A DNA stretch of 64,000 nucleotides from Eledone cirrhosa (lineage: Eukaryota). Below are positions 1-11,900 of the stretch, piece by piece. Each line of letters begins with the position of its first letter. The stretch's first letter is position 1. Made by a program: the position numbers and the translations under genes. The notes beneath the pieces were generated by a model that saw only the letters and a program-made list of their open reading frames with translations, was not told where the DNA came from and ran no database searches. Where the stretch lies: NCBI GenBank assembly GCA_964016885.1, contig OZ024741.1, positions 259,160,001 to 259,224,000 on the forward strand, given 5' to 3'.

Positions 1-501
1 CCGAAACACTCGTAAGTCGAAACACTCGAAAGCCGAAACACTCGTAAGTCGAAACACTCATAAGCCGAAACACTCGTAAGTCGGAACACTCGTAAGTCAG
101 AACACCCGTAAATCAGAACACTCGTAGTCAGAACACTCGTAAGTCGAAACACTCGTAAGCCGAAACACTCGCAAGTCGAAGCACTCGTAATCCGAAACAC
201 TCTTAAGTCGAAACACTCGTAAGTCGGAACACTCGTAAGTCAGAACACTCGTAAGTCAGAACACTCGTAAGTCGAAACACTCGTAAGCCGAAACATCCGT
301 AAGTCAAAACATCCGTAAGTCAAAACATTCGTAAGTCGAAACACCCGTAGTCGAAACACTCGCAAGTCGAAACACTCGTAAGTCGAAACACGCGTAAGTC
401 GAAACACATGTAAGTCAAAACACTCGTAAGTCAAAACACTCGTAAGCCGAAACACTCGTAAGTCGAAACACTCGTAAGTCGAAATACTCGTAAAGCGAAA
501 C

Positions 502-571
502 GTATAAATAAATATTAATGTAATGAATTTGAAAAGCATAGAGATTTGAAACCGCGTCTATTTGTTATTTT
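502..571. repeat. 70-bp AT-rich spacer, type A (first copy)
   Basis: GTATAAATAAATATTAATGTAATGAATTTGAAAAGCATAGAGATTTGAAACCGCGTCTATTTGTTATTTT; 16/70 G+C (~23%) versus 7/16 in the monomer. It is always preceded by the degenerate monomer CGTAAAGCGAAAC and followed by CGTAA. Confidence 0.97.
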
Positions 572-1378
572 CGTAAGTCGAAACACTCGTAAGCCGAAAC
601 ACTCGTGAGCCGAAACACTCGTAAGTCGGAACACTCGTAAGTCAGAACACTCGTAAGTCAGAACACTCGTAAGTTAGAACACTCGTAAGTCAGAACACTC
701 GTAAGTCAGAACACTCGTAAGTCGAAACACTCGTATCGAAACACTCGTATGTCAAAACACCCGTAAGTCAAAACACTCGTAAGTCGAAACACTCGTAAGT
801 CGAAACACTCGTAAGCCGAAACACTCGTAAGCCGAAACACTCGTAAGTCGGAACACTCGTAGGTCGGAACACTCGTAAGTCAGAACACTCGTAAGTCAGA
901 ACACTCGTAAGTCAGAACACTCGTAAGTCAGAACACTCGTAAGTCGAAACACTCGTATCGAAACACTCGTATGTCAAAACACCCGTAAGTCAAAACACTC
1001 GTAAGTCGAAACACTCGTAAGTCGAAACACTCGTATGTCGAAACATCCGTAAATCAGAACACTCGTAAGTCGAAACACTCGTAAGTCGAAACACTCGTAA
1101 GCCGAAACACTCGTAAGTCGAAGCACTCGTATCGAAACACTCGTAAGTCGAAACACCCTTAAGTCAAAACACTCGTAAGCCAAAACACTCGTAAGTCGAA
1201 ACACTCGTAAGTCGGAACACTCGTAAGTCAGAACACTCGTAAGTCAGAACACTCGTAAGTGGAAACACGCGTAAGTCGAAAGACCCGTAAGTCAAAAATC
1301 TCGTAAGTCAAAACACTCGTAAGCCGAAACACTCGTAAGTCGAAACACTCGTAAGTCGAAACATTCGTAAAGCGAAAC

Positions 1379-1448
1379 GTATAAATAAAGATTAATGTAA
1401 TCAACTTGAAAAGCATAGATATTTGAAACCGCGTCTATTTGTTATTTT
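1379..1448. repeat. 70-bp AT-rich spacer, type B (first copy)
   Basis: Same spacer with diagnostic changes AAAGATTAAT, (G/C)AACTTG and ATAGATAT; preceded by acattcgtaaagcgaaac. Confidence 0.97.
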
Positions 1449-2941
1449 CGTAAGTCGAAACACTCGTAAGTCAGAACACTCGTAAGTCAGAACACTCTTA
1501 AGTCAGAACACTCGTATCGAAACACGTATGTCAAAACACCCGTAAGTCAAAACACTCGTAAGTCGAAACACTCGTAAGTCGAAACACTCGTAAGCCGAAA
1601 CAATCGTAAGTCAAAACACTCGTAATTCGAAACACTCGTAAGCCGAAAATACTCGTAAGTCGGAACACCCGTAAGCCGAAACCCTCGTAGGTCGGAACAC
1701 TCGTAAGTCGAAACACTCGTAAGTCGAAACACCCGTAAGTCGAAACACTCGTAAGTCGAAACACCCGTAAGTCGAAACCTCCGTAAGTCAAAACACTCGT
1801 ATGTCGAAACACTCGTAAGCCGAAACACTCGTAAGTCGGAACACTCGCAAGTCAGAACACTCGTAAGTCAGAACACTCGTAAGTCGAAACACTCGTAAGT
1901 CGAAACACCCGTAAGTCGAAACGCCCGTAAGTCAAAACACTCGTATGTCGAAACACTCGCAAGCCGAAAAACCGTAAGTCAGAACACTCGTAAGTCGAAA
2001 CACTCGTAAATCGAAACACTCGTAAGCCGAAACACTCGTAAGCGAAAACATTCGTTAGTCGAAACACTCGTAACCCGAAACACTCGTAAGTCGAAACACT
2101 CGAAAGCCGAAACACTCGTAAGTCGAAACACTCATAAGCCGAAACACTCGTAAGTCGGAACACTCGTAAGTCAGAACACCCGTAAATCAGAACACTCGTA
2201 GTCAGAACACTCGTAAGTCGAAACACTCGTAAGCCGAAACACTCGCAAGTCGAAGCACTCGTAATCCGAAACACTCTTAAGTCGAAACACTCGTAAGTCG
2301 GAACACTCGTAAGTCAGAACACTCGTAAGTCAGAACACTCGTAAGTCGAAACACTCGTAAGCCGAAACATCCGTAAGTCAAAACATCCGTAAGTCAAAAC
2401 ATTCGTAAGTCGAAACACCCGTAGTCGAAACACTCGCAAGTCGAAACACTCGTAAGTCGAAACACGCGTAAGTCGAAACACATGTAAGTCAAAACACTCG
2501 TAAGTCAAAACACTCGTAAGCCGAAACACTCGTAAGTCGAAACACTCGTAAGTCGAAACACTCGTAAAGCGAAACGTATAAATAAATATTAATGTAATGA
2601 ATTTGAAAAGCATAGAGATTTGAAACCGCGTCTATTTGTTATTTTCGTAAGTCGAAACACTCGTAAGCCGAAACACTCGTGAGCCGAAACACTCGTAAGT
2701 CGGAACACTCGTAAGTCAGAACACTCGTAAGTCAGAACACTCGTAAGTTAGAACACTCGTAAGTCAGAACACTCGTAAGTCAGAACACTCGTAAGTCGAA
2801 ACACTCGTATCGAAACACTCGTATGTCAAAACACCCGTAAGTCAAAACACTCGTAAGTCGAAACACTCGTAAGTCGAAACACTCGTAAGCCGAAACACTC
2901 GTAAGCCGAAACACTCGTAAGCCGAAACACTCGTAAGTCGG

Positions 2942-5900
2942 AACACTCGTAAGTCGGAACACTCGTAAGTCAGAACACCCGTAAGTCAGAACACTCGTAG
3001 TCAGAACACTCGTTAGTCGAAACACTCGTAAGCCGAAACACTCTTAAGTCGAAGCACTCGTAATCCGAAACACTCTTAAGTCGAAACACTCGTAAGTCGG
3101 AAGACTCGTAAGTCAGAACACTCGTAAGTCAGAACACTCGTAAGTCGAAACACTCGTAAGCCGAAACATCCGTAAGTCAAAACATCCGTAGGTCAAAACA
3201 TTCGTAAGTCGAAACACCCGTAGTCGAAACACTCGCATGTCGAAACACTCGTAAGTCGAAACACGCGTAAGTCGAAACACATGTAAGTCAAAACACTCGT
3301 AAGTCAAAACACTCGTAAGCCGAAACACTCGTAAGTCGAAACACTCGTAAAGCGAAACGTATAAATAAAGATTAATGTAATGAATTTGAAAAGCATAGAG
3401 ATTTGAAACCGCGTCTATTTGTTATTTTCGTAAATCGAAACACTCGTAAGCCGAAACACTCGTGAGCCGAAACACTCGTAAGTCGGAACACTCGTAAGTC
3501 AGAACACTCGTAAGTCAGAACACTCGTAAGTTAGAACACTCGTAAGTCAGAACACTCGTAAGTCAGAACACTCGTAAGTCAGAACACTCGTAAGTCGAAA
3601 CACTCGTATCGAAACACTCGTATGTCAAAACACCAGTAAGTCAAAACACTCGTAAGTCGAAACACTCGTAAGCCGAAACACCGTAAGTCAAAACACTCGT
3701 AAGTCGAAACACTCGTAAGTCGAAACACTCGTAAGTCGAAACACTCGTAAGCCGAAACACTCGTAAGCCGAAACACTCGTAAGTCGGAACACTCGTAAGT
3801 CAGAACACTCATAAGTCAGAACACTCGTAAGTCAGAACACTCGTAAGTCGAAACACTCGTAAGCCGAAACACCGTAAGTCGAAACACCCGTATGTCGAAA
3901 CACTCGTAAGCCGAAACACTCTTAAGTCGAAACACTCATAAGCCGAAACACTCGTAAGTCGGAACACTCGTAAATCAGAACACCCGCAAGTCAGAACACT
4001 CGTAAATCAGAACACTCTTAAGTCGAAACTCACGTACGCCGAAACACTCGTAAGTCGAAACACTCGTAAGTCGAAACATCCTTAAGTCGAAACACTCGTA
4101 CACCGAAACACTCGTAAGTATAAACATTAGTAAGTCGAAACACTCGTATGTCGAAACACTCGTAAACCGAAACACTCGTAAGTCGGAACACTCGTAAGTC
4201 AGAACACTCGTAAGTCAGAACACTCGTAAGTCGAAACACTCATAAGTCGAAACACTCGTAAGTCGAAACACCCGTAAGTCGAAACAACCGTAAGTCGAAA
4301 CACTCGTATGTCGAATAACTCGTAAGCCGAAACACTCGTAAGCCAAAACATTCGTAAGTCGAAACACTCGTAAACCGAAACACTCGTAAGCCAAAACATT
4401 CGTAAGTCTAAACACTCGTAAGTCGAAACACCCATAGCCGAAACACTTGTAAGTCTGAACACACGTAAGTCAGAACACCCGTAAGTCATAACACTCGTAA
4501 GTCAGAACACTCGTAAGTCAGAACACTCGTAAGTCAGAGCACTCGTATCGAAACACTCGTATGTCAAAACACCCGTAAGTCAAAACACTCGTAAGTCGAA
4601 ACACTCGTAAGCCGAAACACCGTAAGCCAAAACACTCGTAAGTCGAAACATCCGTAAGTCGCAACACTCGTAAGTCGAAACACTCGTAAGTCGAAACACT
4701 CGTAAGCCGAAACACTCGTAAGCCGAAACACTCGTAAGTCGGAACACTCGTAAGTCGGAACACTCGTAAGTCAGAACACTCGTAAGTCAGAACACTCGTA
4801 AGTCAGAACACTCGTAAGTCAGAACACTCGTAAGTCGAAACACTCGTATCGAAACACTCGTATGTCAAAACACCCGTAAGTCAAAACACTCGTAAGTCGA
4901 AACACTCGTAAGTCGAAACATTCGTATGTCGAAACATCCGTAAATCAGAACACTCGTAAGTCGAAACACTCGTAAGTCGAAACACTCGTAAGCCGAAACA
5001 CTCGTAAGTCGAAGCACTCGTATCGAAACACTCGTAAGTCGAAACACCCTTAAGTCAAAACACTCGTAAGCCAAAACACTCGTAAGTCGAAACACTCGTA
5101 AGTCGGAACACTCGTAAGTCAGAACACTCGTAAGTCAGAACACTCGTAAGTGGAAACACGCGTAAGTCGAAACAGTCATAAGTCGAAACACTCGTAAGTC
5201 GAAACACCCGTAAGTCGAAACACCCGTAAGTCGAAACACTCGTATGTCGAATAACTCGTAAGCCGAAACACCGTAAGTCAAAACACTCGTAAGTCGAAAC
5301 ACTCGTAAGTCGAAACACCCATAAGCCGAAACACTCGTAAGCCAAAACATTCGTAAGTCGAAACACTCGTAAGTCGAAACACCCATAGCCGAAACACTCG
5401 TAAGTCTGAACACACGTAAGTCAGAACAGCCGTAAGTCAGAACACTCGTAAGTCAGAACACTCGTAAGTCAGAACACTCGTAAGTCAGAGCACTCGTATC
5501 GAAACACTCGTATGTCAAAACACCCGTAAGTCAAAACACTCGTAAGTCGAAACACTCGTAAGCCGAAACACCGTAAGCCAAAACACTCGTAAGTCGAAAC
5601 ACCCGTAAGTCGGAACACTCGTAAGTCGAAACACTCGTAAGTCGAAACACTCGTAAGCCGAAACACTCGTAAGCCGAAACACTCGTAAGTCGGAACACTC
5701 GTAAGTCGGAACACTCGTAAGTCAGAACACTCGTAAGTCAGAACACTCGTAAGTCAGAACACTCGTAAGTCAGAACACTCGTAAGTCGAAACACTCGTAT
5801 CGAAACACTCGTATGTCAAAACACCCGTAAGTCAAAACACTCGTAAGTCGAAACACTCGTAAGTCGAAACACTCGTATGTCGAAACATCCGTAAATCAGA

Positions 5901-8900
5901 ACACTCGTAAGTCGAAACACTCGTAAGCCGAAACACTCGTAAGTCGAAGCACTCGTATCGAAACACTCGTAAGTCGAAACACCCTTAAGTCAAAACACTC
6001 GTAAGCCAAAACACTCGTAAGTCGAAACACTCGTAAGTCGGAACACTCGTATGTCAGAACACTCGTAAGTCAGAACACTCGTAAGTGGAAACACGCGTAA
6101 GTCGAAAGACCCGTAAGTCAAAAATCTCGTAAGTCAAAACACTCGTAAGCCGAAACACTCGTAAGTCGAAACACTCGTAAGTCGAAACATTCGTAAAGCG
6201 AAACGTATAAATAAAGATTAATGTAATGAACTTGAAAAGCATAGATATTTGAAACCGCGTCTATTTGTTATTTTCGTAAGTCGAAACACTCGTAAGTCAG
6301 AACACTCGTAAGTCAGAACACTCTTAAGTCAGAACACTCGTATCGAAACACGTATGTCAAAACACCCGTAAGTCAAAACACTCGTAAGTCGAAACACTCG
6401 TAAGTCGAAACACTCGTAAGCCGAAACAATCGTAAGTCAAAACACTCGTAAGTCGAAACACTCGTAAGCCGAAAATACTCGTAAGTCGGAACACCCGTAA
6501 GCCGAAACCCTCGTAGGTCGGAACACTCGTAAGTCGAAACACTCGTAAGTCGAAACACCCGTAAGTCGAAACACTCGTAAGTCGAAACACCCGTAAGTCG
6601 AAACATCCGTAAGTCAAAACACTCGTATGTCGAAACACTCGTAAGCCGAAACACTCGTAAGTCGGAACACTCGCAAGTCAGAACACTCGTAAGTCAGAAC
6701 ACTCGTAAGTCGAAACACTCGTAAGTCGAAACACCCGTAAGTCGAAACGCCCGTAAGTCAAAACACTCGTATGTCGAAACACTCGCAAGCCGAAAAACCG
6801 TAAGTCAAAACACTCGTAAGTCGAAACACTCGTAAATCGAAACACTCGTAAGCCGAAACACTCGTAAGCGAAAACATTCGTTAGTCGAAACACTCGTATC
6901 CCGAAACACTCGTAAGTCGAAACACTCGAAAGCCGAAACACTCGTAAGTCGAAACACTCATAAGCCGAAACACTCGTAAGTCGGAACACTCGTAAGTCAG
7001 AACACCCGTAAATCAGAACACTCGTAGTCAGAACACTCGTAAGTCGAAACACTCGTAAGCCGAAACACTCGCAAGTCGAAGCACTCGTAATCCGAAACAC
7101 TCTTAAGTCGAAACACTCGTAAGTCGGAACACTCGTAAGTCAGAACACTCGTAAGTCAGAACACTCGTAAGTCGAAACACTCGTAAGCCGAAACATCCGT
7201 AAGTCAAAACATCCGTAAGTCAAAACATTCGTAAGTCGAAACACCCGTAGTCGAAACACTCGCAAGTCGAAACACTCGTAAGTCGAAACACGCGTAAGTC
7301 GAAACACATGTAAGTCAAAACACTCGTAAGTCAAAACACTCGTAAGCCGAAACACTCGTAAGTCGAAACACTCGTAAGTCGAAATACTCGTAAAGCGAAA
7401 CGTATAAATAAATATTAATGTAATGAATTTGAAAAGCATAGAGATTTGAAACCGCGTCTATTTGTTATTTTCGTAAGTCGAAACACTCGTAAGCCGAAAC
7501 ACTCGTGAGCCGAAACACTCGTAAGTCGGAACATTCGTAAGTCAGAACACTCGTAAGTCAGAACACTCGTAAGTTAGAACACTCGTAAGTCAGAACACTC
7601 GTAAGTCAGAACACTCGTAAGTCGAAACACTCGTATCGAAACACTCGTATGTCAAAACACCCGTAAGTCAAAACACTCGTAAGTCGAAACACTCGTAAGT
7701 CGAAACACTCGTAAGCCGAAACACTCGTAAGCCGAAACACTCGTAAGTCGGAACACTCGTAGGTCGGAACACTCGTAAGTCAGAACACTCGTAAGTCAGA
7801 ACACTCGTAAGTCAGAACACTCGTAAGTCAGAACACTCGTAAGTCGAAACACTCGTATCGAAACACTCGTATGTCAAAACACCCGTAAGTCAAAACACTC
7901 GTAAGTCGAAACACTCGTAAGTCGAAACACTCGTATGTCGAAACATCCGTAAATCAGAACACTCGTAAGTCGAAACACTCGTAAGTCGAAACACTCGTAA
8001 GCCGAAACACTCGTAAGTCGAAGCACTCGTATCGAAACACTCGTAAGTCGAAACACCCTTAAGTCAAAACACTCGTAAGCCAAAACACTCGTAAGTCGAA
8101 ACACTCGTAAGTCGGAACACTCGTAAGTCAGAACACTCGTAAGTCAGAACACTCGTAAGTGGAAACACGCGTAAGTCGAAAGACCCGTAAGTCAAAAATC
8201 TCGTAAGTCAAAACACTCGTAAGCCGAAACACTCGTAAGTCGAAACACTCGTAAGTCGAAACATTCGTAAAGCGAAACGTATAAATAAAGATTAATGTAA
8301 TCAACTTGAAAAGCATAGATATTTGAAACCGCGTCTATTTGTTATTTTCGTAAGTCGAAACACTCGTAAGTCAGAACACTCGTAAGTCAGAACACTCTTA
8401 AGTCAGAACACTCGTATCGAAACACGTATGTCAAAACACCCGTAAGTCAAAACACTCGTAAGTCGAAACACTCGTAAGTCGAAACACTCGTAAGCCGAAA
8501 CAATCGTAAGTCAAAACACTCGTAATTCGAAACACTCGTAAGCCGAAAATACTCGTAAGTCGGAACACCCGTAAGCCGAAACCCTCGTAGGTCGGAACAC
8601 TCGTAAGTCGAAACACTCGTAAGTCGAAACACCCGTAAGTCGAAACACTCGTAAGTCGAAACACCCGTAAGTCGAAACATCCGTAAGTCAAAACACTCGT
8701 ATGTCGAAACACTCGTAAGCCGAAACACTCGTAAGTCGGAACACTCGCAAGTCAGAACACTCGTAAGTCAGAACACTCGTAAGTCGAAACACTCGTAAGT
8801 CGAAACACCCGTAAGTCGAAACGCCCGTAAGTCAAAACACTCGTATGTCGAAACACTCGCAAGCCGAAAAACCGTAAGTCAGAACACTCGTAAGTCGAAA

Positions 8901-11900
8901 CACTCGTAAATCGAAACACTCGTAAGCCGAAACACTCGTAAGCGAAAACATTCGTTAGTCGAAACACTCGTAACCCGAAACACTCGTAAGTCGAAACACT
9001 CGAAAGCCGAAACACTCGTAAGTCGAAACACTCATAAGCCGAAACACTCGTAAGTCGGAACACTCGTAAGTCAGAACACCCGTAAATCAGAACACTCGTA
9101 GTCAGAACACTCGTAAGTCGAAACACTCGTAAGCCGAAACACTCGCAAGTCGAAGCACTCGTAATCCGAAACACTCTTAAGTCGAAACACTCGTAAGTCG
9201 GAACACTCGTAAGTCAGAACACTCGTAAGTCAGAACACTCGTAAGTCGAAACACTCGTAAGCCGAAACATCCGTAAGTCAAAACATCCGTAAGTCAAAAC
9301 ATTCGTAAGTCGAAACACCCGTAGTCGAAACACTCGCAAGTCGAAACACTCGTAAGTCGAAACACGCGTAAGTCGAAACACATGTAAGTCAAAACACTCG
9401 TAAGTCAAAACACTCGTAAGCCGAAACACTCGTAAGTCGAAACACTCGTAAGTCGAAACACTCGTAAAGCGAAACGTATAAATAAATATTAATGTAATGA
9501 ATTTGAAAAGCATAGAGATTTGAAACCGCGTCTATTTGTTATTTTCGTAAGTCGAAACACTCGTAAGCCGAAACACTCGTGAGCCGAAACACTCGTAAGT
9601 CGGAACACTCGTAAGTCAGAACACTCGTAAGTCAGAACACTCGTAAGTTAGAACACTCGTAAGTCAGAACACTCGTAAGTCAGAACACTCGTAAGTCGAA
9701 ACACTCGTATCGAAACACTCGTATGTCAAAACACCCGTAAGTCAAAACACTCGTAAGTCGAAACACTCGTAAGTCGAAACACTCGTAAGCCGAAACACTC
9801 GTAAGCCGAAACACTCGTAAGTCGGAACACTCGTAAGTCGGAACACTCGTAAGTCAGAACACTCGTAAGTCAGAACACTCGTAAGTCAGAACACTCGTAA
9901 GTCAGAACACTCGTAAGTCGAAACACTCGTATCGAAACACTCGTATGTCAAAACACCCGTAAGTCAAAACACTCGTAAGTCGAAACACTCGTAAGTCGAA
10001 ACACTCGTATGTCGAAACATCCGTAAATCAGAACACTCGTAAGTCGAAACACTCGTAAGTCGAAACACTCGTAAGCCGAAACACTCGTAAGTCGAAACAC
10101 CCTTAAGTCAAAACACTCGTAAGCCAAAACACTCGTAAGTCGAAACACTCGTAAGTGGAAACACGCGTAAGTCGAAAGACCCGTAAGTCAAAAATCTCGT
10201 AAGTCAAAACACTCGTAAGCCGAAACACTCGTAAGTCGAAACACTCGTAAGTCGAAACATTCGTAAAGCGAAACGTATAAATAAAGATTAATGTAATGAA
10301 CTTGAAAAGCATAGATATTTGAAACCGCGTCTATTTGTTATTTTCGTAAGTCGAAACACTCGTAAGTCAGAACACTCGTAAGTCAGAACACTCGTATCGA
10401 AACACGTATGTCAAAACACCCGTAAGTCAAAACACTCGTAAGTCGAAACACTCGTAAGTCGAAACACTCGTAAGCCGAAACAATCGTAAGTCAAAACACT
10501 CGTAAGTCGAAACACTCGTAAGCCGAAAATATTCGTAAGTCGGAACACCCGTAAGCCGAAACCCTCGTAGGTCGGAACACTCGTAAGTCGAAACACTCTT
10601 AAGTCGAAACACCCGTAAGTCGAAACACTCGTAAGTCGAAACACCCGTAAGTCGAAACATCCGTAAGTCAAAACACTCGTATGTCGAAACACTCGTAAGC
10701 CGAAACACTCGTAAGTCGGAACACTCGTAAATCGAAACACTCGTAAGCCGAAACACTCGTAAGCGAAAACATTCGTTAGTCGAAACACTCGTATCCCGAA
10801 ACACTCGTAAGTCGAAACACTCGAAAGCCGAAACACTCGTAAGTCGAAACACTCATAAGCCGAAACACTCGTAAGTCGGAACACTCGTAAGTCAGAACAC
10901 CCGTAAATCAGAACACTCGTAGTCAGAACACTCGTAAGTCGAAACACTCGTAAGCCGAAACACTCGCAAGTCGAAGCACTCGTAATCCGAAACACTCTTA
11001 AGTCGAAACACTCGTAAGTCGGAACACTCGTAAGTCAGAACACTCGTAAGTCAGAACACTCGTAAGTCGAAACACTCGTAAGCCGAAACATCCGTAAGTC
11101 AAAACATCCGTAAGTCAAAACATTCGTAAGTCGAAACACCCGTAGTCGAAACACTCGCAAGTCGAAACACTCGTAAGTCGAAACACGCGTAAGTCGAAAC
11201 ACATGTAAGTCAAAACACTCGTAAGTCAAAACACTCGTAAGCCGAAACACTCGTAAGTCGAAACACTCGTAAGTCGAAATACTCGTAAAGCGAAACGTAT
11301 AAATAAATATTAATGTAATGAATTTGAAAAGCATAGAGATTTGAAACCGCGTCTATTTGTTATTTTCGTAAGTCGAAACACTCGTAAGCCGAAACACTCG
11401 TGAGCCGAAACACTCGTAAGTCGGAACATTCGTAAGTCAGAACACTCGTAAGTCAGAACACTCGTAAGTTAGAACACTCGTAAGTCAGAACACTCGTAAG
11501 TCAGAACACTCGTAAGTCGAAACACTCGTATCGAAACACTCGTATGTCAAAACACCCGTAAGTCAAAACACTCGTAAGTCGAAACACTCGTAAGTCGAAA
11601 CACTCGTAAGCCGAAACACTCGTAAGCCGAAACACTCGTAAGTCGGAACACTCGTAGGTCGGAACACTCGTAAGTCAGAACACTCGTAAGTCAGAACACT
11701 CGTAAGTCAGAACACTCGTAAGTCAGAACACTCGTAAGTCGAAACACTCGTATCGAAACACTCGTATGTCAAAACACCCGTAAGTCAAAACACTCGTAAG
11801 TCGAAACACTCGTAAGTCGAAACACTCGTATGTCGAAACATCCGTAAATCAGAACACTCGTAAGTCGAAACACTCGTAAGTCGAAACACTCGTAAGCCGA

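Larger units (their letters stand above)
502..2575. repeat. Representative ~2,074-bp higher-order repeat (spacer A + monomers + spacer B + monomers)
   Basis: A-to-B spacing is 877 bp and B-to-A is 1,197 bp. The same spacings recur at 7402/8279/9476 and 11297/12174/13371. Length variants (861, 893, 831, 799; 1181, 1022) differ by whole monomers. Confidence 0.93.
1..9821. repeat. Direct duplication at offset 6,900 (1-~2921 = 6901-~9821)
   Basis: Sequence lines 1 and 6901 onward are identical in register apart from isolated substitutions (~634 vs ~7534; ~1779 vs ~8679). The ORF track repeats at +6900. Confidence 0.9.

Noticed and set aside
503-512. TATA box and poly(A) signal as annotated regulatory features
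   Set aside because: Such motifs are expected by chance in ~77% AT sequence and no gene is adjacent. Kept only as a hypothesis in findings.
240-539. MLFKFITLIFIYTF N-terminus as a signal peptide of a secreted repeat protein
   Set aside because: It has a real ATG and looks hydrophobic, but this is what T-rich minus-strand spacer DNA encodes by default. Downstream length varies freely (62-131 aa, and four copies give no listed ORF), and frameshifted copies exist.
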